The position numbers and the translations under genes are program-made. This document shows positions 34,955 to 46,580 of a DNA stretch of 64,000 nucleotides, in pieces. Source of the DNA: the human T2T-CHM13v2.0 reference genome, Homo sapiens. The stretch lies in assembly GCF_009914755.1 (NCBI RefSeq), contig NC_060933.1, one strand, 5' to 3'. Numbering within the stretch: the stretch's first letter is position 1; the number at the start of each line of letters is the position of its first letter. The notes beneath the pieces are model-generated. The model was not told the DNA's origin. It saw only the letters and a list, made by a program, of their open reading frames with translations, and did no database searches.

Positions 34955-36159
34955 TTAGGAATATCCACCCAGCAGTGCCATTGACCTGGTTCATGAGGGC
35001 AAGCATGGCCAGTGAGTTGGCCAAACAAGCCCTGGGCTGCCAGGGGCCCCAGAGTAGTGAGCCAGTGTCTTGAGGTCTGAGACAGCATCAGTGGCTGTGC
35101 TTCATGTTCTGGGGGCTGCTGTGGCAGCTGCCCTGGGCCTTTGTAGTTCTGAGCTCACCCCTACCCCCCTAGAAAGGCCCAGTCTTGCAGAGCACAAAGC
35201 AGCCCCTAATCAAGAGTTTTGATCACTACAATCCTTTTTGTTCCCCTTCCATCCAAATTAATCAATTGCAAGTCCCTGAAGATGTTATTGTCTCTCACTT
35301 CTGGGAATTTGTACATGCTGCCCTCTGGCTACAGCTCTCTTCTTGTCTGAATTGCCTGAACAATTCCTGTTCAACCTTTAGGTTAAGAGCCCAGTGGAGA
35401 CACCCCTACCCTCAGGAAGCCTTCCTTGACCCCCAGGCTGGAGAAGTAGGGATTGCTGCTCTGTGCTCCACGTGCATTGCCGTGCGGGATGTCTTGGGGG
35501 AGGGATAAAAGGAACATGAGGCAGGAGAGGTGGGGGTGGGGGGCACCACCTCCATAATCCACACCTGTGGCTGCAGAGGGAGCTAGGAGCAGCAAGAGGC
35601 ATGAACCAGGGCTGGGGAGCACCACTGTGCTGGCCACCTGGAGGTTTCCTGAGCTCAGCCTCTGCTGGAAGGGGCCCAGGTGTGGCGCTTTGTGATGCCA
35701 GCCCCAAGGGTGGCTCTGCATAACTGCTGCATGGGAGCAGGAGGCAGCAGCCTGTCCCTGGAGGATCTGAGCCATCAGCTGGCAGGGATCAACACAGCAC
35801 TGCCCAACCCCAAGCTCTTACCTGCTAAGAGGGGACAGGGCAGGCAGAGAGGGGAGGGAAGTCTGTGCCAAGTCTCAGATCTAAGTCTAGGACCTAGCTC
35901 TGCACATTCGTATCAGTAAACCCAGTGTATGCAACTGCATGTGGTCTACATTACTACATGTGTCTCTGAGTCTGGTAATATCAGACTATGTGTTTATGTG
36001 TATATGTGTGTCTTTATGTCTCTGTGCACAAGTATGCCATCAGGGGTGTCCCTGTGCATCCATGTGCCTACACGTGTATATCAATGTGTCAGTACATGTG
36101 ATTGCTGTGTAAATTCACAGGCATGTGATGTATGCAATTGTGTGTTAACAAATAGTGTA

Positions 36160-36400
36160 TGCACTCTGGCCTTCTACTTACACCCACTGGGGTTCAAATC
36201 CCAGCTCAGCTACTTCCCAGCTCTTTGGCCTTGGGCAAGTCACTTCACTTCGCTGAGCCTTATTTTCCTCATCTGTAAAATGGGAATGAAAATTATAATG
36301 CCCATCCTGATTGATTTTTGTAAAAGGATTAAATAGAGCAATGTACTGTTTTTAGAATACTTAACACAGTGGCTGGTCTATCAGAAACAATAAATACCGC
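36160..36400 (+). mobile_element. MIR
   Basis: ggttcaaatcccagctc...ttcctcatctgtaaaatggg. Confidence 0.85.
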
Positions 36401-37072
36401 ATTTATGATTTGTTTTGTGTGTGTTTGTGGTATGTGGATATGTGGTTGTCTATGGATTTATATGCCTATCTAAGATGTGTTTATGAGCCAGTCTGGGGTT
36501 AAGTGCATAGTCTGGTGCATTTATGCATAAGCACATGTGTGTCAGCATGGGCATATGTCTTTATTTCAGCTTTTTTTTTTTTTAACTTTTCATGATCCTC
36601 TGAAAGCTCAGGGTCCTGGGCAGCCATGACAAATGAGATTGAAGCTCCCAACACTATTTAAAACCTCCTCTGCTGATTCTTGGTCTTTGAAAACAGACAA
36701 TTATTCTCTTAAAAAAAATCAAATTTGGACTTACCTGGAACACAGACACACGCACCCCAACTGCCCCCCACCCACCCAGGTAACATATATGGTGCACATG
36801 CATGCACATACATGTGAACACACATGTTGGCACCCATGATCATCCATGGCTCACTTGTGTATCCCCAGTCTTCAGCCCAGGAGCCAACGCAAGGTGAGCA
36901 ACACTTAGTTCTTCTTGACTGGGTGACTGTATCTTGATCTTGGAAACAGGTGGAAGTTTCTGCAAGAATCCCAAGCATGACGGCTAGAGAGGGGCAGGTC
37001 CTGCATCCTGCCTCTAGCTCAGAAGCCAGTGACAAGGGGGCTATGGCTACTGCACGTACTTTCCAGCAAGGA

Positions 37073-37238
37073 GCAGGGATTTGGAGTCACCCAGTTGTGG
37101 GTTCCAGCCCTCCTCCCCAGCTGTCCCATTGGATGCAAGAGGATTGCACTTGGTTGCAGGGATTTGGAGTCACACAGATGTGGGCTCAAGCCCTCCTCCT
37201 TGACTGTCCCTTTGGACACAGGAGGATTGCACTTGGTT
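37073..37238. repeat. 83-bp tandem duplication (2 copies)
   Basis: units 37073-37155 and 37156-37238, 71/83 identical by eye. Confidence 0.9.
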
Positions 37239-37574
37239 GCATGTTCTCTAAGCCCCTTACCTGGGCCTGATCCCAACCCCAAGGCTGCAAACAGAGGAGA
37301 CTCTGAGCTAGGCCAACCCTTGGGAGCTCCAGATTCCAAGCAGGCCACACAGCAGGGTGTGGCGCAGCCCAGGGAAGTGTAGGGTGAGATGGGAGAGGGG
37401 AGTAAATCCAGTCTGTGGGCTCAGGAAAGATAGATTCTGGCCAGCCCAGGGACCGGGCTAGCTGTTACTCAAAAGTCAGACCAGGGAGATGGACAGCAAA
37501 ATTAAGAGTAAGTGCTTAGCAAATTGACAAGGTGATCTTATGTTTGTTGAATCTAATAATTTTTAAAATATGGG

Positions 37575-38010
37575 GCCTGCATTCATACACCAGTATTCAT
37601 AGCAGTATTATTCACAATAGCCAACTGGCAGAAACAACTCAAATGTCCCTTGACAGGTGAATGCATAAACCAAATGTGGCATATGGGTACAATGGAATAT
37701 TATTCAGCCTTAGAAAAGAACAAAGTGTTGTCACATGCTACAACAGGGATGGACCTTGAAAACATGATGCTAAGTGAAAGAAGCCAGTCACGAAAGGGCA
37801 TACTATATGGTTACAAGTACCTAGAACAGTCAAATCCATGGAGACAGAAAGTAGAGGGTGGTTATCAGGGGCTGGAGGGAGAGGGCAATGGGGAATTAGT
37901 GTTTAATAGGGACAGAGTTTCAGTTTAGGATGATGGAAAAGGATGGGTGATGGTTGCACAGCAATGTGAATGTACTTAAGGCCACTGAATTGTACACTTA
38001 AAAGGGGTTG
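37575..38010 (+). mobile_element. L1MB-type 3' end
   Basis: ggaccttgaaaacatgatgctaagtgaaagaagccagtcac; gccactgaattgtacacttaaaa. Confidence 0.85.
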
Positions 38011-38221
38011 GGCCGGGCGCGATGGCTCACGCCTGTAATCCCAACACTTTGGGAGGCCCAGGCAGGTGGATCACGAGGTCAGGAGTTTGAGACCAGCCTG
38101 ACCAACATGGTGAAACCCCTTCTCTACTAAAAATACAAAAAATTAGCTGGGCATGGTGGCGCGTGCCTGTAGTCCCAACTACTCGGGAGGCTGAGGCAAG
38201 AGAATCACTTGAACCCAGGAG
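38011..38221 (+). mobile_element. 3'-truncated Alu (Sg-like)
   Basis: stops at ttgaacccagga, no tail. Confidence 0.9.
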
Positions 38222-38820
38222 ACCATCGTGGAAAGCAGTGTGGTGATTCCTCAAAGAGCTAAAAGTAGAACTACCACTCGACCCAGGAATCTCATTACTG
38301 GGTATATAACCAGAGGAATATAAATTGTTCTACCATAAAGACACATGCATGCGTGTGTTCACTGAAGCGCTGTTCACAATAGCAAAGACATGGAGTCAGC
38401 CTAAATGCCCATCAGCTACAGATGGGAGAAAGAAAATGTGGTACATATACACCATGGAACACTATGCAGCCATAGAAAAGGATGAGATCATGTATTTTAC
38501 CAGAACATGGATGGAGCTGGAGGCCATTATCTTTAGCAAACTAACGCAGGAACAGAAAACCAAATACCACATGTTCACACTTGTAAATGGGAGCTAAATG
38601 ATGAGAACACATGAATACATAGAAGGGAACAACAGGCACTGGGGTCTACTCTGGGCGGGAGGGTGGGAGGAGCGAGAGGAACAGAAAAGATAACTATTGG
38701 ATACTGAGCTTAATACCTGGGTGATGAAATAATCTGAACAACAAACCTCCGTGACAAGAGTTTACCTATGTAATAAATCTTTACATGTACCCCTGAGCCT
38801 AAAATAAAAGTTAAAAAAAA
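38222..38820 (+). mobile_element. L1PA (older, ~PA15/16-like) 3' end
   Basis: ORF2 C-terminus-like frame (KKMWYIYTMEHYAAI), 3' UTR and aataaaagttaaaaaaaa. Confidence 0.88.
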
Positions 38821-38874
38821 TGGAAAATTTATGTTTGCATATACTACCACAGTTAAAAAGGGGATTTCATCTGT

Positions 38875-39490
38875 ATTTTTTAAAGCCAGGTTTATTGGCA
38901 TATAATTTACATGCAGTAAAATTCACCCTTTGGAGTGTGTAGTTCTATTAATGTTGACAACCTTGTACAGTCACGTGACCCCCCCAGCACAACCAAGACA
39001 CAGAACAGCGCCATGCTTCTCAAAGTTCCTCATGCTGCTTTGCCATCATTTCCCCCCTCCCCTCAAATTAGCCCCTAGCAACCACTGATCTGTTTTCTGT
39101 CCCAATTGTTTTTTGTTTTTCTTTTTCGCAAAATGTCATCCTACAGAATATAATCCCTTGAGTCGCGCTGCCTTCACCTAGCATAACGTGTCCGAGAGCC
39201 ATCCATGTTGCATATATCAATAATTCTTTCCTTTTCATTGCTGAATAGTATTCCCTTGTATGGATGTACCACAGTTTGCTTCTCCATTTGCCATTGAAGG
39301 ACAGTTGAGTTGTTGGCAATTATAAATAAAACCACTGAAAACATTCACATACAGGCTTTTGCATGGACATGTGTTCTCATTTCTCTTGCCGGGTCATATG
39401 GTAAGTGAATGTTTAACTTTATAAGAAACATTTATAATAAACATTTAACTTTATAAGAAACTGCTCAGCTATTATCCAAGATTATATCAT
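38875..39490 (-). mobile_element. Old L1 (L1MB/MC) 3' end
   Basis: tttattggcatataatttacatgcagtaaaattcacc; tatggatgtaccacagtttg. Confidence 0.8.
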
Positions 39491-39599
39491 TTTGTTTTTT
39501 AATTTCTTTTTTTAGTACTTCATTTTTATTGCTGTTCTACAAAAACATAGATCCACAATGGATCAGAATTAAAAAGCAACCTGGTCCTACCCTACAGTA

Positions 39600-39900
39600 A
39601 GTTTTAGGAGCTCTAGTTTGCAAAGAGTCAGTAGATGAAGCATTGGGGAAAAGGCTTATCAGCAAAGACAGCAACACTTGCAAATGTCTAGGGGCACCTA
39701 GAGGACTGAGAGCTTGGAATGGAGAGGGTGGCTGGTGAACAGGGAGGCTGAGGATGGGGTCAGGGACCAGATGGTGCGAGATTCTGGGGGCTAAGCTGGG
39801 ACTTTATCTGGAGGAGTGTTTGGAAAGCCATTGAAAGCTCTTAGGCAGAAGAAAATGATTTGATTTACATTTCAGAAAGATCCCTCTGGCTGAGAGTGGC
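39600..39900 (-). mobile_element. L2 fragment
   Basis: gatttacatttcagaaagatccctctggctg. Confidence 0.6.
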
Positions 39901-40559
39901 AGCTCCCTGCGACTCCCGCAGGCCTCCAGGCCAAAGAAGAGGAGACCCAGACTGGGATGTTGGCAGCAGTGGGCTTAGAAAGTACAATGGATAGAATTTG
40001 GGGATGCACTAGATGGGGGTGGGGGGCAAGGCTTTGAATGGAGTGAAGGGGACTCAGCTGCTCTGGCTTAAGCTGGATGCCCCTTTAGGGGAGTCAGTGG
40101 GATCAGGAGGGGCCTGTGTGGGGTGGGAGTCAGTCAGAGATGGAGACCTCCCAGCTCTGCCTCCAGGAGTGCCTGCCCCGCCCAATGTGGATTCAATTCA
40201 GCTGTCACTCAGGCAGGCCTCTGAAATGTCCCCAAACAGCCAGTGATTTGTGCAGGCCTGGCCAGCCCGTTGTTTCTTTGGGATGTGGTATTTGCCAAGA
40301 TTAACAAAGGGCTCTGGGGGTGTTGGGGGGCATGGGAGGAGGTGGCCAGGGAGAGGGGGCTCATCTCAGGCCCAGCCGCCGCCAGTGAAGGGTGTTGATT
40401 TCAGCCTTCGTCTTAAGTATACGTGGGCCTCTGGGCTTTTGAGGTTGTGTGCACACAGCTTTCAATTGCATGTAGGCGATTCAGTGCACTCGTGGGTATG
40501 TGTGCATCGGGCATCTCTCTCGGGGTGCCTGCGTCACTGTGCACTGATGGGGATCGCCA

Positions 40560-41017
40560 TACATGCAGCGGTATCTTCTCTGTCTGCCCCTCCAAATCTA
40601 CCCTCTTCCCTGCTCTGTGCCCCAAGGAGGCTGACGCTGTGCAGCACATCAGCCAGGTTCCTTGTTGTCTGGGTTCAACCAGGGGGAGGCTTGGCCAGGA
40701 GATCAGAGGGCAGGGAGGGATGGGACAGGTTGGCTCCTTCCCCATGGGGCTGTGGCTCGGGTGCTGTCTCTCTCCCACAGCCACAATTTCCACTGGACAA
40801 TCCTCTCCAAAGCCACAGCTCTTACCAGCTCCTGCAATTGTTCACTCCCCTGGACCCTTCAGGCCTAGCACTCTCCGCTATGGCCAGCCCCCAGGTGCTT
40901 CGCTGTGGCTTTGGGGTCTCCCTTAGCCCTGCCCTCACCCTTGTAAATGGCCCCTTGATAAAATTTTCCTCACCTTGTTTGTGCTGATTGTTCCCTGCTG
41001 GGGTCCTGGCTGAGACA
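40560..41017 (+). mobile_element. LTR33-like ERVL LTR
   Basis: ctctgtgccccaaggaggctgac; caggagatcagagggcaggga; ends cctggctgagaca. Confidence 0.7.
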
Positions 41018-41678
41018 GCCCGTGCATACATGTGGGTACGTGTGCAAGTGTTCAAAGTGCATCGCTTGAATGGGTCTGCACACATATCTGAGTGTATTTG
41101 TGCACACATCTGCACGTGCTTTGTCCATGTGGGCATCCTTAAATGTGCCTATGTAACCATTTGAGAATATGGGCACATGTGTATGCATGTATGCCCATGT
41201 GGGTGTGTGCATTGTCTCGTGTGTTTCACATGTGCATGCTTTTGGGTGGGAATGGCTGCACGTGGCTATGAGTGTATGCTGCCAAAGCCAGAATAAGGGC
41301 AGAGACTGATAGTTGCAGGTACAGGCGGCTTCTCCTACAGGCTCCCAGACAGCCAAGTATCACAGGGCAGCTCCTCTCAGGTTCCCCCATGGGGCCTCTT
41401 AAGAAGCTTTGCCCCTCCAAAGGGAACTGTTCCCAGGAGTTCAGCTTGTTTTGTTCAAAAAATATCACTGGGGCCCCTGCTGCCTCCATCATTACCCTCT
41501 GAGGCGCTCCCCTCCCCATGCCAGGTAGCCTCCTTCGGCTGCAGTCTCAGGACCTCAAACCACTTGCAGCTTCAGATGATGCTCAGAGAGCAAGACCCAC
41601 CTTTACTGAAAGGGTTATTATCTTTGCTCCATAACAGGCTTTTGCAAGAACTCAGAAGTTATCAAGAAAATCCAACTC

Positions 41679-41982
<304 letters not shown>

Positions 41983-42586
41983 AAATCCAACTCAAACTCT
42001 ATAAACCAACTCTATAAAAATGAAAGATTTCTGTGCAGCAAAAGGAATCAAATAAATTTAAAAGACACACAAATTTACTAGAAATAATTATCTATAATTT
42101 ATATTATAGACTAAGAGTAATATCTATGACATGCAAAGAGTTCCTGCAAACAAATAAGAAAATAATAACAACCTGATAGTAAATGGGCTGACATATTGTC
42201 AAGTATTTCAAAAAGAAATATTACCAAAAGCCAGTAAATAGATGAAGAAAGCTTAAACTGTCGAGTAACAATGAAAATTAAAATGTGTGATAAAATCACT
42301 TTTTGCCCAACAGGTTTACTAAACTAAAAAATGTAATATTCAATGACAAAGGGGGTGTGGGGAACTGAGCACACTCACGTGCTGTGGGAGGGGATATAAA
42401 TTGATATTGGAGGGGAGGGGACAATTTAATAGTATCTGTCAAAATTGATAGATTTGGGGATTACAGTGCACATCCTATACCCAAGCAATTTCACTTGCAA
42501 AAATCTGTGTTGCACAATCACTAGCACATGCATGCAAAGAGATGTCTGTAAGGTTATTCCTTAAAGAATCAGTAGTGTAAAAAATG

Positions 42587-42645
42587 TATTACATTGGTGC
42601 AAAAGTAATGGCAAAAACCGCAATTACTTTTGCACCAACATAATA
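42587..42645. mobile_element. MADE1 (Hsmar1 MITE), internally deleted
   Basis: ttggtgcaaaagtaat...attacttttgcaccaa inverted repeat with TA flanks. Confidence 0.9.
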
Positions 42646-42746
42646 TTTATAAACAACTTAAATGTTGTTTAGAGGAAATATGGGTGACTAAATGTTGGTA
42701 TATCTATACTCTGGAATACTATAGCACTATTTTAAAAAGTGAAGTA

Positions 42747-43035
42747 GGCCAGGCGTGGTGCTCACGCCTGTAATCCCAGCACTTTGGGAGGCTGAGGCAG
42801 GTAGATTGCCTGAGGTCAGGAGTTCGTGACTAGCCTGGCCAACATGGCGAAACCCCATCTCTACTAAAAATACAAAAATTAGCTGGGCATGGTGGCAGAT
42901 ACCTGCAATCCCAGCTACTTGGGAGGCTGAGGCAAGAGAATTGCTTGAACCCGGGAGGGTTCTTGTCCTCTGTTGCAGTGGGACAAGATTGTGCCACTGC
43001 TCTCCAGCCTGGGTGACAGAGTGAGACTCTGCCTC

Positions 43036-43066
<31 letters not shown>

Positions 43067-43075
43067 AAGAAAAAG
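42747..43075 (+). mobile_element. Alu (Sx-like)
   Basis: dimer; TSD tgaagta. Confidence 0.93.
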
Positions 43076-43235
43076 AATGAAGTAGATCTGTAGTATGGAC
43101 ACAGAATCTATAAAATTCATAATACCTTTTCTAATATAAAAAGAAAAATTGAAAACAATGTATTATTAACCCTTAATAGTTTAAGATAACAGGTTAAAAA
43201 AAAAAACAAAAGAGGCCGACTCTTTTGTTTGCTCA

Positions 43236-43626
<391 letters not shown>

Positions 43627-43774
43627 TTAATATTTTGAAAAGTATTAATGTGGTTATAAAAATATTTTCTGAGTATGCAATAATGGGTCAGGGAACCAGC
43701 CATCTGCCTTGAAAAGATAGTCCAGAGCAAAGGGCAGTCATGCCTTGCTCACAAGTCATGCCAGAACGTGAGAG

Positions 43775-44149
43775 CTCTTAGTCTGTTCAAGCTGCCATAG
43801 CAAAGTGCCATAGACTGGGGGGCATAAACAACAGAACTTTATTTCTTACAATGCTGGAGGCTGTCAGTTCAAGGTCAAGGTGCCAGACAATTTGGTTGCT
43901 GGTGAGGGCTCTCTTCCTGGCTTGCAGATGGCCACCTTCTCACTGTGTCCTCACATGGTGGGAAGAGAGAATGAGAGAGAGATTGCTTCTTCTTCTCATA
44001 AGGCCACCAATCTGGTTGGATTAGGGCCCCATCCTTCTGATCTCATTTAACCTTAATTACCTCCAGAAAGCCCTGCCTTCAAATACAGTCACACTGGGGG
44101 TTAGGACTCCAACATATGAATTTGGAGGGACACAATTAAATCTATAGCA
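43775..44149 (-). mobile_element. MLT1A-type LTR
   Basis: tcttagtctgttcaagctgccatagcaaa...gggacacaattaaatctatagca. Confidence 0.85.
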
Positions 44150-44627
44150 AGCTTCATGGGGAATTGTGTTGCAACAGGGACTACCCAAGAAGGTGACCAA
44201 TAATGGCCATCTTGGAGTCTGGCTACCACAGCCCATGTTTTGTGGCATCTTTGGATAATTTCTTTCTGATGCAAACAGCCTTGGAAGACAGGCAGAATCT
44301 CTCCCTCTAGAGCCAAAAGCAGGCATGCTCACTGCCCATTAGAGAGGGCTTGGGCTTCCTAAACTCGGGGTTCCTCTCCTGTGACACAGTCCACTGTGTG
44401 TTCCCAGGATTTCTGGGGCTCTTCATGTTGATATGTGGGAATTTAGGCTTGGAAACCAATGAGAAAATGCTGATACTCTGGCTGCTGCTATTGCTGTGAG
44501 TCATGACCTGTCCTTTGTGTCAGACCCTGGAGCCTCATGTCTTCTACCAGCATCCATGAAGCTGTGGCAGGCTAACTTGTTAGCTTGCAAGTAGGGTAAA
44601 ATCTCACACCCTAGACAGTGCTTGACA
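44150..44627 (+). mobile_element. ERV-class LTR fragment (subfamily not assigned)
   Basis: gtggcaggctaacttgttagcttgcaagtagggtaaaatctca...cttgaca LTR-like 3' end. Confidence 0.55.
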
Positions 44628-44629
44628 GT

Positions 44630-45083
44630 CCTCTGTTGCACTGAGTCAGGGTTCACCCTTGTGGCCAGAATATGGCAGAAGTGATGTTATGTAACCTCAA
44701 GACTATGTCATCAGGATAACGTAGCTTCTGTCTGGTTCTCTTAGGATGCTCACTCTTGGATCCCAGATACCATGCTGTGAGGAAGCTCAAGTTGCTCTAT
44801 GGAGAGGCCCCCATAGAGAGGAGATGATAGCCCATGCTAGCTTGCCGGAAATATGAGGAGCCAACTTAAAATGGATCCTCCAGCCCAGTCCAACCTGCAG
44901 ATCATTTGCAGCCCTGCTGACATCTTACTAAAATCTCAGGAGCAACTCCGCCAGAACTGCCCAGCCAACTCCCCCTCACCAAATTCCCAACTCAGAGGAA
45001 TCAGGAGAGATATTACATGATGACTGCTGTTTGAAGCCATTACATTTTGGGTTGATTTATTATGAGGGTTGATTATTAACACA
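44630..45083 (+). mobile_element. MLT1 (F/G/H-like) LTR
   Basis: gaatatggcagaagtgatg; ccatgctgtgaggaagc; tgtttgaagccattacattttggg. Confidence 0.7.
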
Positions 45084-45556
45084 TGGGACTCTTGGCTCAG
45101 CACCCCCCTAGTAGCAGTGGCAGCCAGCAGAGGGAGACTCGAAGCTTTCCTGTGTTGTTCAGAGGAAATATGGATGACTAAATTTTGGTATATCTATACT
45201 CTGGTATACTGTAGCACTATTAAAAAAAAATGAAGTAGGCCAGTCACAGTGGCTCACACCCATAATCCCAGCACTTTGGGAGACTTGAAGCTTTCCTGTG
45301 TCGTGTAGAGGCAGTGGTAAGAGCCAGGGCCACTGTGAGGCAAGAGAGGGTGACTTCAGGCCAGAGGGAATCTGGGTGGGGCTTTTGGGCTATGGCCTGG
45401 ATGGAGGATGAGAAATTACAGTAGCCTCAGCCTTCAGTCTGAACACTTGTAGGGCACATGGCAACCAGGGAGAAGGACACAGTCCCAGAGGCCAGAGAAG
45501 GCAGATGGTGACTCTGAGCCTATGGCCCCAACTCTCCTTCCCCCACACAAGGCCAC

Positions 45557-45867
45557 TGATATGTTTTGGCTGTGTCCCTACTCAAATCTCATCTTGAATT
45601 ATAGTTCTCATAATCCCCAAGTGTCATGGGAGGGAGCCGGTGGAAAGTAATGGAATCATGGTGGTGATGGTTTATAAATGGCTTTTACTCTCTTCACTCA
45701 GCTCTCATTCTCTCTCCTGCCACCCTGTGAAGAGGTGTCTTCCACCATGATTGTAAGTTTCCTGAGGCCTCCCAGCCATGTAGAACTGAGTCAATTAAAT
45801 CTTTTTTCTTTATAAATTACCCAGTCTTGGGTATTTCTTCATAGCAGCATAAGAATGGACTAATACA
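45557..45867 (+). mobile_element. THE1 (C/D-like) solo LTR with internal deletion
   Basis: tgatatgttttggctgtgtcc...ggactaataca; perfect TSD gccac. Confidence 0.88.
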
Positions 45868-46130
45868 GCCACCTAAGCCACACTTCCCCTTAAGCATCCA
45901 GGCACAACCACTGGAGAGAAGCGAGACAAGGGAGCTATCTGGGGAGATCAGGAACTACAAGAAGGACCAGTTTAGATGATTGGACTGGACAAATGGAATC
46001 CACACATAGGGGAAAGTGTCCTATTGTTCCCACTGGCCAATGGTTGTGGGGCTCAAGAAGACAAAATAAAGAAACAACATTTATCCACATTTCCAAGTTG
46101 TAATGTGAATAACATTTGTGATCTTGCGAG

Positions 46131-46132
<2 letters not shown>

Positions 46133-46161
<29 letters not shown>
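46133..46161. repeat. (CA)n microsatellite
   Basis: perfect run. Confidence 0.95.
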
Positions 46162-46167
<6 letters not shown>

Positions 46168-46369
46168 TGCACATGTAAATAGAAAACTTCTGAAAGGATC
46201 TATGATCAATTGATAACAGTGATTACTCCTAGACAGAGATTTTTTACTCTATTGGTTTTGTTTTTATTTTTAAAAATGTATTTATCTCTCTTTTTTTGCT
46301 AAAAGCATTGAAGGGGGAGAGAGAAGAAGAAAGTATCAGGTGGTGGAGGAATACGTCTGAAAATGATCG

Positions 46370-46580
46370 TTGGGTAGGCAGGTCTGGGTTAGGAATCCTG
46401 GATCCACAACTTACCTGCTGTGTGTTGGAGGGCAAGTTAATAAATCCCTCTGAGCCTCAGTTTCCCCATCTATACAATGGGGGATGGCAATAGGACCTCC
46501 TTCCTAGGACAACGGTAAATATTCAGTGAAATAACCCATGTAAAGCATTCAGATCAGCACCTGACACGAAGTCAATGTTA
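46370..46580 (+). mobile_element. MIR
   Basis: ctctgagcctcagtttccccatctatacaatgggg. Confidence 0.8.

Noticed and set aside
38325-38597. ORF resembling L1 ORF2 C-terminus
   Set aside because: Genuine L1 homology but only a short 3' fragment of a dead element.
38011-38820. Possible Alu-L1 chimeric retrotranscript
   Set aside because: No shared TSD, and the L1 looks older than the AluS; a later deletion fusing the two is simpler.
40250-40987. 245-aa ORF
   Set aside because: Largely overlaps an LTR33-like element; non-ATG start; no domain.
45098-45120. Second CTCF-like site (minus strand, ctactaggggggtgc)
   Set aside because: Mismatches at key core positions.
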